63,415 nucleotides of DNA. Source: Guillardia theta CCMP2712. Its lineage: Eukaryota; Protista; Cryptophyta. Below, in pieces: positions 12,601 through 32,740 of this stretch; within the stretch, counting starts at the first letter, position 1, and each line of letters starts with the position of its first letter. Location: the NCBI RefSeq assembly GCF_000315625.1, contig NW_005434538.1:47855-111269 (forward strand), given 5' to 3'. The notes beneath the pieces are model-generated. The model was not told the origin of the DNA, ran no database searches, and saw nothing but the letters and a program-made list of their open reading frames with translations. The position numbers were made by a program, and so were the translations under genes.

Positions 12601-13364
12601 TGCAGGTCTGCTGCTACCGTCTTATCATTTCTGAGACAGAGCTTGTCTGGAATGAGTTCCGTACACAATGTCCTTGCATACTGACCATACTTTCCTTGTT
12701 CTCTGTCGTAGCTCATCCGCACCGCGTATTCTATGGCGAGTTTGAGTCTTCGATTCTGAGCAAACATTCCTTGCTCGCTGTCAAGTAGATCTTCGAGGAA
12801 TGCTGATTCGTCCGATGCTTGTTGACCTCTGCTGCACGAAAGGCACAGCGACACTCGCATTCGTTGGATCAAGCTGGATCCTTCATGCTCCAACCTCTCC
12901 ATCCCCATCCACGCGCTTCTCTTGGAGTTTCGGCAGGCATCGATGATAACCAGCAAAGGAGGAATCCTGTCTGAATTCTGGGCAGCTCCATCTCTAAGGG
13001 CCTCCAACATATCCGCTACTGTTATCATGCTCTGCTTAGTCTCTTCAGATTCCTCGGCCCGGACGATGTCACTTGTTAGCAATGCTATATCTCCTTTACT
13101 TAGCTGCATCCCATGCCCAGCAAAGAACACCAATATCAGCTCCAGGCCCCTCGTCTTGCGATCCCTTACGAGGGAAGAAATCTGACTTGTGATCGCCGTC
13201 CTCGTTGAAGGGTTGACCAGAAGAGTTGCCTGGCATCCGGGGCTGCTTTCCAGCTGATTGTGAACGTCAGTAGCGTCACGAATGGCGTTGTCCAAGGTGG
13301 AAATATGCTCGTAGGCATCAATACCAATGCAGAGCGTTTTAATCCGGCAAGTATTCTCTCCCAT
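3658..13364 (-). CDS. Giant GREB1-like fusion protein: peptidase C14 (caspase-like) domain + circularly permuted SF2 ATPase + TAGT/GT-A glycosyltransferase + possible RAMA-like C-terminal domain (~3,000 aa)
   Basis: In-frame GT-AG model with exons 13364-11654, 11594-11565, 11514-11468, 11399-11293, 11093-8222, 8146-4400, 4341-~4309, ~4268-4083 and ~4038-3658. Motifs in order: CIGIDAY, FAGHG, IIDACRN (caspase dyad); ISDESH, VSATP, LEGLPCILVLIEKGRMGDTFPHSFDCLDLR, IQ|EMGRLCR (SF2 motifs II, III, V, VI); QIGKTGAYL (motif I, downstream); GGIGYAR, WMIDDN, YAVIGMRR, FFLLNV, EDVDFN, AGLAVLKVNRF (GREB1-type GT). The helicase-to-GT join is strongly supported; the caspase join is inferred from splice phases. 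Confidence 0.78.
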
Positions 13365-13997
13365 CTTGCTGCGACCAGTTTGGAATGGCTATACAACCTG
13401 CCGATATTACCAATAAACAATGTGAACAGGGGTTGAAAGAAAATCATGCAAAGCATGCAGCAAAACATATCAGTATCCAGACGTGCGTACCTGGAGATAG
13501 TATCCTCTTATTATTTTAGACTGACAAAGACTTAGTCAATAAAGGGAATTGAGGAACAATAACACTGTGCATAGAACGTTCTCAGTGATTTTCCTGTCTA
13601 ATTCTTTGCTAGGCATCTCTCGGACAACACTTGGTTTGTTAAGCACTTGTAAAAGATGTAACATTGATATATCATTCTCAAACAGAGCCTTCATCGGATG
13701 TCTGAAAGCTAGGAATCCACATTGTGCCAACATGATTGTTTCTACTGGACTTTTTCTCTCACCCCTTTAGACAAAAAGCAGAATTCAAAGGGATTCAGTA
13801 GGGGAATCGGTCAGGATATAAGAAGAAGAATCGGCAGCAGGAGAACAGGCTGGAGGAAAGAGCCAAGGCAGAACTATAAACAAAGAGAAAATCAAGATCT
13901 GTCAAGAGGAGATAGTGAGCAGAAGAAACCAGGAAGATAAAATGAAGCAATGATGAAATTGATGATTTACTGTGGATGGGGACAAGGAATTGGAAGC

Positions 13998-14046
13998 TGA
14001 TGAGGATGAGGATGAGGATGAGGATGAGGATGAGGATGATGAGGAT
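13998..14046. repeat. (GATGAG)n microsatellite
   Basis: About 8 hexamer units in intergenic AT-richer DNA. Confidence 0.9.
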
Positions 14047-14661
14047 ATGGATCATTTCCAACCAACGATTGGTTTCTCCGTGTGTCTCGTCTGTATCAAT
14101 TCCCCTGAAATACTGCCAATACCTGCTCAACAATCAGAAACTGTCTTCTCACATTCTTAATCCAAATAAAATTTGGCAGGGCGTTACCAGAACATGTGAC
14201 TAGTCTACCATAAGAGATGTCTCTTCCTCTAACATTCTAGTACCATCCTCTCCCTCACTTCATCTGCTTCATCTGCCTCTACCTCGCCTCGCATGTCTGA
14301 GGCGATAGGTGTCTCCAGCACTCCCTTCCTACCTCGCCAGCAACTATTCGCTACCCCTCCAATTACTCTGTCAAGAGGGGGTGGACAGCGTGTCAATCGT
14401 CTCCACCCCACCACCCTCTTCAACGTTCTCACCAAAACCAGCACCCCAGTACCACAAACCCTGCACGGTATGGTACTGGGTGGTGGAGTCCAGTACTTAA
14501 AACTTCACTTAATCCGGCCGCCAGTACCGGCGTAGGCTTTTATAATTTTTATCACTGCCGGGGCCCGAGCTGCCCGGACAACATCGGCACTGAGTGAGTC
14601 CTCAGTGACTCCTGGAGAACCCCCTGGAGTCACTGAAACTGTTTGGTACTACTAATTTACT

Positions 14662-14710
14662 TTTACTCAAAGTTTACTCGTACTGAGAGTATAACTTGAC
14701 TTTGAGTAAA
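14662..14710. promoter_or_regulatory. Perfect 12-bp inverted repeat TTTACTCAAAGT / ACTTTGAGTAAA upstream of a gene start; candidate cis-element
   Basis: Arms at 14662-14673 and 14699-14710. The same 12-mer recurs at 23713-23724 and 55831-55842, with variants at ~23946 and ~23994, all upstream of gene starts. Confidence 0.5.
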
Positions 14711-14787
14711 GAAATTTACTCAACAAGTTCGCTGGTTCAGTGGTACTGAGCGGGGATGAGGTCGAAACCTTTGGAGGCAATGGCAAA

Positions 14788-18511
<3,724 letters not shown>

Positions 18512-18650
18512 GTCTAACAAGCAGTGACAGGAGACGTTCTGCTCCTCCTCCTTTGTTCCTGCATTGGGAGCGTCTGAATGAGTTTTACTTCTGTCTTTTC
18601 TGCTTCATGTTGTACTATACAAACAATGAGAATGAATAGTCCCGCTGCTG

Positions 18651-23535
<4,885 letters not shown>

Positions 23536-25046
23536 TGAAGCTACTGCCCCAGGGACAACAAGTAGAACTAGGGGAAAGAGTAGGAGAGTGTTGCTGTCCT
23601 TCCTGGCATGTTCTCAGTGTCCGATCATGCCGCCGGGCCCCGGGTTGACCTTGAAGTCAGTTGACCAGTATCTCCAATATAAATTTTACTCGCCGTACTG
23701 ATCTTTCACTTAACTTTGAGTAAAGATATCCTTCTTTTACTCATTAAAGTTAAGCTTTATCACCAGTACTGCGCATCCAAGTAGTCGGAGCGCGGGGGAA
23801 TTGTCCTGCGCGCAGTTAAGTGAAGGTATCAGTTAAGTTTGGAGGACAGCAGTTTGCAGGATTAGGTTTGGTTCTCGCTTGTCCTCGTACTGATGTTTAC
23901 CTGGTTTTTTTTCCTCGACTCTCCTGATTTTTAAAACTTAATTGTCTTTGAGTAAAGAATCTCCTGATTGTCCTCGTACTGCTTTTTAACTTAACTTTGA
24001 GTGAAAGATTTTTAACTTAACTTGCCTTCAGTAAAGACGGAGCGCCGCCGGACCTCGGTCCGACCCGGCCCGGGAGGCACGGCAACGGGGCAACTCCGAC
24101 ATGCGACCTGAATGCGTCATGCTCCGGGTCATGCAGCGGGTGATCTGGCGGGTTGAGCTTGCTAGCTGACATTCTCGGTGTAGTCAAGCTCACTGAAGGT
24201 CAATAGCTGTTACTCATATAAAAGCTGTGAGTTTGTTGGGTAAGGATGTGGGTGGGGTGTAGAAGCTCACAAACACACATATTCTTCTTCCAAATACCAT
24301 GAGGCGCTGAGAAATAACAACGCTTCAGGACTGGTACAGCGCAATTCCTTCGAGCGTGGGGTAAATCAAGGGGTAGGGGTGATGATGCACCCTTGGAATA
24401 ACTTCCAAGTTCTGGTAAATGAGGGGGTAACCATGAAAAAAGTAAACGCGATTGACTGGTAGGGTCCAATTCGGAACATACCGAGATATGCCCCACCCCC
24501 TTAAAATCATATTCTCACCTACCCCACCCTCCTTTATGGGGCAGTCGCTACAAAAGAACCCTCGCATGCCCTACCCCCGTAAACACAGCTCTTTAAAACA
24601 CAATTGTTGTGTAAAATAAATACGTTTTAGTCATCATTTTTGACTACCCCTACCCTTCTAAGGAGACAACACGGGTGGTCCAGCAGCTCGCTTTCCCTCT
24701 ACTTTTGACTACCCCTTCCATCCTGTTTTATCACCCACCCGATACCCTGTTTAACCCCATGAAGTACTACCCCCACTTTCCCCAAGGAATACCCTCTTGA
24801 AAGTGTAGTAAAGATCACTCACCCACCCCCATCGCCCCTACCCAACCTTTCCCCCAAGACTCGTTCCACCCAGTCCTCTCTTCTCCCCAAAATCACCCAG
24901 ACAACCATAGAGTACCCCTCATTTACTATGGTATTTGCGATCTCGTTGAGGGGTACTCCTGTACCCAGACCTTTCTACCCCCCTCATCATTCACTCCACC
25001 CACCCACCCCCTGTTGAAACTGGCCCCGAAACCGGGTTGATCAGGA

Positions 25047-27020
25047 ATGGCGGGTGACATGGAGGAGGAACGATGGAGAAAGAGTCGCCTACAAACAGCG
25101 TCATGGTTTCCTCCGCCGAACTCTTCTCTTTCTAGCTCGTACAACCCGATTCATCACTCGTCGTCTTCCCTGAGCTCGCTTCCAGACTCTTCGCAAACAG
25201 GATACGAAAGCTCATATCAACACGCACAGCAAAACCTAACCGGCACAGCCCCTGCTAGCAGCGAACAGTTTTCCTCTATCGATACTGCGCACTCGCACTT
25301 CTCCTTCTACCGTCCTTCTTCCTCGTCTTTTGATGCTGCTTGTAGCTCAGGTCCATGGGATGAATTCGAAAGCGCTAAAGCAGAACAAGCAGGTGTGCTT
25401 CAGTTTGATATGCCGTTAACGCACAACGCTTCCTCTTTTGGATTCCTGGATGAGATTCCACAGCGGCAAAGCAACAGTTTCAACTTCGCACCGAGTGAAG
25501 CAAACAATTCAACACTCAACACAAACTTTGGTTATACAGGAGCTAACAAGTCAATGGGGCCGAGTGCCAGCGCAGCAGAAGCCATCACGGACGAGGATAG
25601 GTGGTTTCTTGAACAGTCTGCAGCGTTGAAGAATCTCAACAGCAGTGCGGCAAAGCAGCTGGCAGAAGCATTCACTGTGAATGCAGCGCCGACTATGCCT
25701 GTCGATGCGTTTGTCGAAATGTCGTCTCCTAGCAATGCTTCCAGCTGCCCGTCACCGAAGCTTGAGATCATCGGAGACAGCCAAGGAGTTTACTTGCCAT
25801 TTGATGAATCCTTGAATGTTGTTGCTACCAAGAAGCAAGCAAGGTCGAAGAGAGGGCAGTACACTTCGAACCCGTGTGCTGAATGCCGAATGAAGAAACG
25901 AAAGTGCACCAGCACAAGGCCTTGTGCGATGTGTATTGCATCTGGGAATGCAAGCAAGTGTGTCTCCTCGGACTCAGTGGGAAAGTCTTTTGTCGAAAGA
26001 ATCATCTCAGGTTGTCGAGAAGTGAGGTTCGAGCACGACGACAGGATGATTTCAACATTGATGTCCTTAAAGAGCGCCGCGGAGCGGACGGGAGTGAACT
26101 TTGCCTTGTTAAGGATCATGTGGGAGCTTGGTCATGATCCCTCGGCGCTGATACAAGCGTTCAAGATGCTGCCAACGGACGTCAAGTCCGCTATAGATGA
26201 ATCTGTCGATACCATGCAGTCTGTTGTGCGCATGAAGCTGTCAGCGATGAATTTGCACACAGACCTTAACGTTGTACGTGATCAGCAGAACCTCGGAAGG
26301 GTGAACCTGTTTCAGATGCGTTCCAAACAAGCAGGTAGCATCAAGGACGATGAATTTTGTGATGGAAGGTGGGGACATGGACGTTGGATAACCATGTTCG
26401 TAGATCCAGACACCCTGATGCGAACTGGTTTCAAGCTCGGGAATGAGATTTGTGAGCTTTTTGGATATCACCCGGAAGAATTTGTGGCCAGACAATGCAA
26501 TAACGAGCTGAATCTGTTGATGAGCGAGTACGATCTACTGTGGGCCCTGCTCAACAACCTTCTGAACGTGCTTCATCCCACCGTCACGTGGTACTGGAGG
26601 ATAGCCAAGCGGAACGCTACGTCGGAGCACGATGCTATCTTGTTCCTAAAGGTGACTGTGGAGAAGCACTTTGACTCTCTCAACAGACAAGTCGCCTTCA
26701 CCGTCCTGTTTGACCCTGTCGATGAAGCTGAGTTCAGCAACTTCATGTCCAAGGTCCCTGGCATGGACGACCACTCGCAGTCTAGTATGGCTGATCACAT
26801 GAAGGACGTGCAGTGTCGAGGGAAGATTGCCTACCTCCGCCGCTCGAGGACGAACGGATGCCAGAAGCTCTCTGCTCTTGCTTCAGGCTTACGAGAACGG
26901 GTCGCGCCGCTGGTTGGGATGCTGCATCCTTCGGACCCGAACAAGAATGTGCAGGAAGAGCTATCCCGCGTTCCCGAGGACACACCGAAGACTTTGAAAT
27001 ACTCTGCATGGAAGAGCTGA
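25047..27020 (+). CDS. Zn(II)2Cys6 (GAL4-type) transcription factor with a possible PAS-like C-terminal region; intronless, 657 aa
   Basis: Six-Cys cluster CAECRMKKRKCTSTRPCAMCIASGNASKC preceded by basic residues. Ser-rich N-terminus. GNEICELFGYHPEEFV resembles the PAS N..(F)...GY..EE signature. Confidence 0.85.
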   Translation: MAGDMEEERWRKSRLQTASWFPPPNSSLSSSYNPIHHSSSSLSSLPDSSQTGYESSYQHAQQNLTGTAPASSEQFSSIDTAHSHFSFYRPSSSSFDAACSSGPWDEFESAKAEQAGVLQFDMPLTHNASSFGFLDEIPQRQSNSFNFAPSEANNSTLNTNFGYTGANKSMGPSASAAEAITDEDRWFLEQSAALKNLNSSAAKQLAEAFTVNAAPTMPVDAFVEMSSPSNASSCPSPKLEIIGDSQGVYLPFDESLNVVATKKQARSKRGQYTSNPCAECRMKKRKCTSTRPCAMCIASGNASKCVSSDSVGKSFVERIISGCREVRFEHDDRMISTLMSLKSAAERTGVNFALLRIMWELGHDPSALIQAFKMLPTDVKSAIDESVDTMQSVVRMKLSAMNLHTDLNVVRDQQNLGRVNLFQMRSKQAGSIKDDEFCDGRWGHGRWITMFVDPDTLMRTGFKLGNEICELFGYHPEEFVARQCNNELNLLMSEYDLLWALLNNLLNVLHPTVTWYWRIAKRNATSEHDAILFLKVTVEKHFDSLNRQVAFTVLFDPVDEAEFSNFMSKVPGMDDHSQSSMADHMKDVQCRGKIAYLRRSRTNGCQKLSALASGLRERVAPLVGMLHPSDPNKNVQEELSRVPEDTPKTLKYSAWKS

Positions 27021-27190
27021 AGCGATGTTGAAATGTAGATTGTTTTGTAGAGATGATTTAAACTTCTTGGAATTCATAAATGAACGTGGTTATCAACATG
27101 TCTAAGGATGTCCGAGGGGAGGGGGGAGGTGGGCAGGGGGCCCGTCAGCCTCTCGAGTGCTGCCCATGGCGTCGAGACAACTCCTGTCGT

Positions 27191-29245
27191 CTACCCCTCA
27201 AGTGCCCATAGCGTTGCAAAGGTCAGAAGGAAGGTGATGGTAACCGACGTGACAGCCCGGGGATAGCTGGAAGACATGACCCAACAGCTTTCATTCCTGC
27301 ATCCCTTCACCCTCCTGGTGAGCGCCTGCTTGAGCGAGTCGAGCTTGTTCCCCGGTGAGGTACAGACCGACTGCACGAAGTTGTCTATGGAGGAGCAGCA
27401 GAAGTTGCACCCAACACCATCTTCTATCATGCACTCACCGTTTGTCTTCGTCGTCGCATACTGAGTGTATACTCCCTTCTTGAGCAGGCTGCCGGCGTCC
27501 AACGTCTGCCTGGTAAGCTCTGCCACCAGCCCTCCCGCCGACTTGCCCAACTGGAGGAGCTTCACTCCGTTGACCACCTTCATCTCGATCACGATGCTTC
27601 CAGGAGAGTAAGACAGGATCTGGAAGAAGCTCTTGTCCACTCCGAGAGCCGTGGAGAGGTCTTGCAAGACCTGATTCTCAAAGGCGACTTTGTCAACGAT
27701 GTTGCAGTAGTTATCATCGAGAATCATCGTGTAAGGCGCCTCCTCGATCGAGAACGATGCCTTGTTCGTCCAAGGACAAGTGCTCGAGGTGTACTTGGTT
27801 GGCGTGTCTAAGCAGGTCTGGTAGGAGTAGGAGAGCGGCTGGACTCCTGTCTGGTTGCCAGCGGCGAGGATGCCAACAACAGAGAGAGTGACGTCTTGTA
27901 GCTTGCAAGTGTTGGGATCCACATAGCACCAAGCCTCGCAGCACCATGTCCCAGGAGCAGACTGCCAGCCAAATCACCTCCCTCGGTCTGTCTCGACCAG
28001 CAACTCGCACCTCAGGCCACATCTGCACGCACGTCTTCTTCTCCCCGCACGCATGCGAGGCGCAGTCACCGTCTTCCCATGCCTGCGGGCATCTGGTCAG
28101 AGGAGCGAGGCTCTGTCTCTGCAAGTCTCCGCGTCACCGCGCAGTAGCTGCCGTAGTTGGTCTGGACCCCCAGGGAGAGGAGAGTCTGACTCGCCCACGT
28201 CTGCCCAGTGCAGGGGCACGAGGGAGACTTGGAGGTACAAGAGATCAGGATCTGCTTTCTCGACTTGCCCAGGATGTGGGTCCCAGTCGGGACAGCCAGG
28301 TCAGTGATGGACGCGTCGAAGTAGTCTGCTGATGTCAACGCGCCGCTCAGGGGAGGGAAAGTCCCCACCCCGAAGTTCCACGTCCCGCCCCTTGGACGAG
28401 CATGTCAGTGCCTATCGTTGGAGCTCATACCGGCCCATGCACCATGTAGTGTCGAAGTAGAGGTTCGCTCCCTCGGCATTCGCATAGTGCGGCTTCCTGA
28501 TTGACTCCTTCAGTACATGCGTGCTCTGATCAGGACAGAGCACACTGCATCACCCGTTGTACGTGTCGGGGGTGCTGTAAACGCCGTTGCAGGTGCTGGT
28601 GGGATGCCCGGACACCTCGACATTTTTGCACAGGGCCACAGAGCCAGTTCCTACGACGTTGACGCGGCTCTTGTCCACGCCTGCAGCAGCAGCTACTTCC
28701 TCTACCAGCGCCGCCAAGTCCTGTTGCCTGATCTTGCTTTGATCGAGAACCGTGGAGATGGCAACCTGCGAGATCGATCCTCCGTCCCTGATGATATCAA
28801 CAGCTCCGCTGGTCAACCGGTAGAGCGGGGTTGTGCTGAGCTTCGTGCATTCCTGGTCACAGGAGCATCCCTTGTCTGTCGCAAGCCCCTTGGCAACAGC
28901 CTCCAACCATGAGCACAGTGGTTCGCATGAGGCGAAGGAGTTGGAGGAGCCAGGACAAGCGGCTTCGTATCTGGGCGTGCATTGACCCCCGTATGCCGTG
29001 TAGTCCCCAACCTTTCCGGCAACAGATCCTTGCTTCATCCTCAAGACCCCCTTGTGCGTCGCGATTGCGATGTCCTTTTCTTGGGGCAGGGCCGGGTCGA
29101 AGCAACCTTTCCCTGTCACAGTGTAGGGGTGCGAGCAAGGAGGAAGCGCGGGCATGGTGAAGGAGTAGTCAAGGCACTTGAGAACTCCCTCCCCTCCCCC
29201 CATCAAACTCGCTGCCACCACCACCACTAGCACTCGTGCTGCCAT
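27191..29245 (-). CDS. Secreted or cell-surface Cys-rich protein with kringle-like and SEA-like segments and a hydrophobic (GPI-like) C-terminus; multi-exon
   Basis: Signal peptide MAARVLVVVVAASLMGG; many Cys; WCYVDPNTC (kringle-like); VNVVGTGSV and ILSYSPGSIVIEMKV (SEA-like GS[VI] motif); terminal hydrophobic stretch TSVTITFLLTFATLWAL. Middle exons not fully resolved. Confidence 0.65.
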
Positions 29246-29419
29246 GCTAACGAGTATGCTCGGGTTGAGTCAAGTTTTGTACCGCCCTACCAAGTTCTCA
29301 AAATTTGACTAGACCCGTCACGGTGCGCTGGACCGTTGAGTGAGTCACTCCGATGACGACCAGACTCGCGCGGCAGAGGGCGGCACCAGACCTGGCGTCA
29401 GTCCTCTGTCCAACAGCAA

Positions 29420-32400
29420 CCGGCCTCGTCCCCTTGGCAAGATCATGGTTCTCCACCACGGGCCTCAGGTTGTTGAAGAGGTCCTTGATGGGCACCAAGA
29501 AGGTGGCGGCACACTTGCTCGGCGTCTCGTTAGCGGTGTAGGAGGCGGAGCAGGCCTGAGTGTTGAAGGACTGGTAGAAGTCTAGCACCGTCTGAGTGAC
29601 GAGGAAGAAGTCTAGCACCGTCTGAGTGACGAGGAAGAAGTCTAGCACCGTCTGAGTGACGAGGAAGAAGTCTAACACCGTCTGAGTGACGAGGGCCTGG
29701 TTGGATATGCTGTAGACCGCAGGGTTGTAGAGGAAGCGCTGGTCGATGTAAACCCCCGCCGCATTGCAATTTGCCGCCTGAATGCCCTGGATGAAGTCCG
29801 CCACTCTGATGCAGAGGTTGTTCATCATGATGCCCTTGTTGGGGGCGTCGCTGGTGACGGCCTTGCAGGAAGGGAAGCGCTGGGCGGGGTCTAGCCAGTT
29901 CTGCTTCGAGATGGACCCGAAGCACTCGCGGTTGTACTCCCCGGTCTGCTCCCCGGTGGTCAGGTTGCGCTGTGTCTCCGTGCAATACACCCACTTGCGC
30001 AACCAGAACTCGTTGTCGTTGACCCCGTCGGGCATGGGAGGGATCACACTCCTTGCCGAGAGGGGGGAGTTGAAGAGCGAGGCGACGTCGCGGAGGTAGC
30101 CGGTCAGGAAGGTGTCGACCTTCCAGCTGTGCGTGTTCTTCTTGCCCGACAGGAGCCCACAGCTGGCGGAGTTGCCGCACACGGGGACAATAGCGGCGGT
30201 GAATGTCTGCGCCGAGGGCCTGTCCGTGAACTTCTCCATGGTGGGCGTCTTCTGGCACTGGGAGAATCTCCTCCGGAAGTTGCCGTCCATCTGCGGGTAG
30301 AAGACCAAGGAGGTGGGTCGTCGAGCGCATGGAAGGACCTCGTGGTGCTGACGGCGTAGACGCTGGAGGTCGTGACCGAGCACTCGAGATGGGAGTAGTT
30401 GTACCTGCGGCAGCTCCCACCCATGGGGACGATGGATGGGATCCCCAGGATCCGTGTGGCACTCCCCTCCCTCGTCCAGCCTGAGTGGTCTTGCCGGCAT
30501 CCCGAGTGATGTCTACCGGCAAGTACCTTAGCTCGAACCGCGGCACTCCCGCGGTCCGTCCCATCACGGAGGATGCCCTTGGTCTGGGGCCAGTCCAGGG
30601 ACCTCCTGCACTTGCCCGCGTTGGAGAAGCTTGTTTTCTCGTACCATGGGGTCTGAGAGGTCGGGCACCTCCTGCCCGAAGAGCTGCATCGGGTGAGACA
30701 TGCCGTTGCCGGCGTCCCTCCCCATGTTGCTCGCCTCCGAGAACATCATGGCCGCCCTGGGGCCGTAGGGGGCCTTGGGGCGAAAGGTCTGAGACGATCC
30801 TCCCCAGTTGTGCATCTCCCTCACGGGGAAGGACCAGTCAGAGACGCCGTTGCCCGAGGGGGTGCCAGCTCCTGTGAGTTCAGGCTGAAGTCGCTGCGGG
30901 AGTCGATGTCGTAGGTCCTGAGCCAATCCATGCTCCTCCCGGCACAGGGGTCGACGCCGGCGAGGGAGGGGTCGGTGCTGGCCATTTTTGGGTAATCCAG
31001 TGGCATGCACTTGGGGAGGAGATTGTAGATGACGTTATCCCCCAGGATCCTGAGCTCCATGACGTAGAGCCCCCCGCCGATGTCCATCAGCCCCTGCTTC
31101 AGGAGGCCAAGATCGGGGGCGCGGGAGTGGAACTTCGCCCCGCAGTGTTCACGGAGGGGACGCCGTTCTTGCATGTGCCCATGATGACGGTGGTGAGCTC
31201 GTCGGGCACGGGCATGGTGTCGCACGCCTCGAAGAAATTGAACCCCCCTCCCAGCCATGGGTTCAGCGATTTCACAAAATCGTCCCGTGACCGTGAGGTA
31301 GCACACGGCGTCGGACTGGCTGGCCTCCTGGCACCTGCCGTCTCCCAGCACCCAGTCTATGTAACGGTCCCTCTCCGGCCTCTCGCTGTCCACCCAATGG
31401 GCGGTGTAGGGAGAGAGGACCTGATCCGCGGAGAGGCGGGTGAGGACCGACTCCCCGCTCTCTGCCACGAAAGCGGAGAGCCGCTCGTAGTGGGAGAGGC
31501 ACTGCTTGAGCGTCTCTCTGTTGGAGTAAGGGAGGCAGTCCGTGATGGAGACGGGCTGGTTGATGCAGCTGCTCAGGGGTTGCTGCCTCATCGTGATGGC
31601 CTGGGACTTGTAGCTGTTCAGGTTGTAGAGAGTCAGGGTCTCGTAGCTGTACCGGTCTCCCGCGTTCATGAAGTTCTTGCTCACTACATCGGGGGAGATC
31701 CACAGCTGGTTGTACAAGTCGGGCGGGAGGTGGTGATCTGCTTTGCCAGCAGGTGGGGCACCAGCCGCAAGGCGTCCTTGTGCGTGTAACCCTGGGCCTT
31801 GCTGCTGGATGAGGTCAGCCCGATCGTGTTGCGGCCCGAGGCCGTGATGCCCAGCACCCCCTTATCGAGAGTGCGGTACCGGAAGTCCTGCTTGCCGATG
31901 TACTTGAATTCGCCCTCACGCAGTCGCTCTTGCACTGCCACATGTTGTTCCTGACCTCTATCAAGATGCTCTGGTTTGCCGACCTCAGGGGGCATTTCGC
32001 CAGCGCCTCGTCATAGTTGGAGGCGCAGAAGACCTCCGCCTTGTTGCTCAGCACCATGGCAATGGTATGCACGAGCACGCTCGCCATCTTCACGTTGCAA
32101 ACCCCTCCGAGGCAGACGGTGACATCGCCGTGGGTGCCCACGCACTGGGTGGTGTTGGACCAGTTGCTCATTCCGGTCGGACGGGGCGCGTCTGCCCATA
32201 TGGCCTCCTTGTTCAGGATGGAGAGGTCGGGCTTCTGCACGTATCTCGACTGGATGCTGCTTATGACCGACTCCACCGTGGGCACATCCCACCCCGTCTT
32301 GACCTGCAACTGGCTCTTTGCAATCCCGCTCACGTTGTAGCAGTCCACCCATGCCGGATACCAGGTCGTGGTTTGTTGTTTGTACAGGGGTCCGTAGAAC

Positions 32401-32740
32401 CGGTCCGCTGATAGGATATGTTTACTGACTTTTCGTCTTTCTTAAAGTAGGTGTCCTAGGCAGTATCGTTTCTTAGTATCTCTAACGTCGGTTTCACTCT
32501 CGGGATGCTCTCCGCTCACCCTGGTGCCCGTGCGATAGAATGCGTAGACGTCGACCCCCTCGACAGTCTTTACCTTGTTCACTATGATGGAATTGCCCAG
32601 CAGTCCGTTCTCGTGACGTGCTGAACTCGAATCCAGGATTAACCCTGATCTTCAGGGCCATGTTGAGAAACATTCAGCCTGGTGCCGGGGACGCCTTGCA
32701 CGTGAACGCGGCCCATCTCACTCGTCGCCACCTGCCATTG
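29420..32740 (-). pseudogene. Decayed, intronless, Cys/Asn/Thr-rich giant ORF fragment with multiple frameshifts
   Basis: Coding-like, high-GC3 reading passes through successive overlapping frames (32348-31815, 31995-31684, 31717-30821, 31010-30564, 30500-29298) with no splice signals at the switches. No clear start or proper end. Confidence 0.65.
29576..29693 (-). repeat. 30-bp tandem repeat x4 encoding LVTQTVLDFF
   Basis: AGAAGTCTAGCACCGTCTGAGTGACGAGGA repeated four times, one copy with a single mismatch. Confidence 0.95.

Noticed and set aside
13536-14203. Short ORFs upstream of the caspase exon, including an acidic DE-repeat ORF
   Set aside because: No recognisable motifs and driven by a microsatellite. 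A donor at ~13490 may mark a UTR or extra 5' exon, but this cannot be established.
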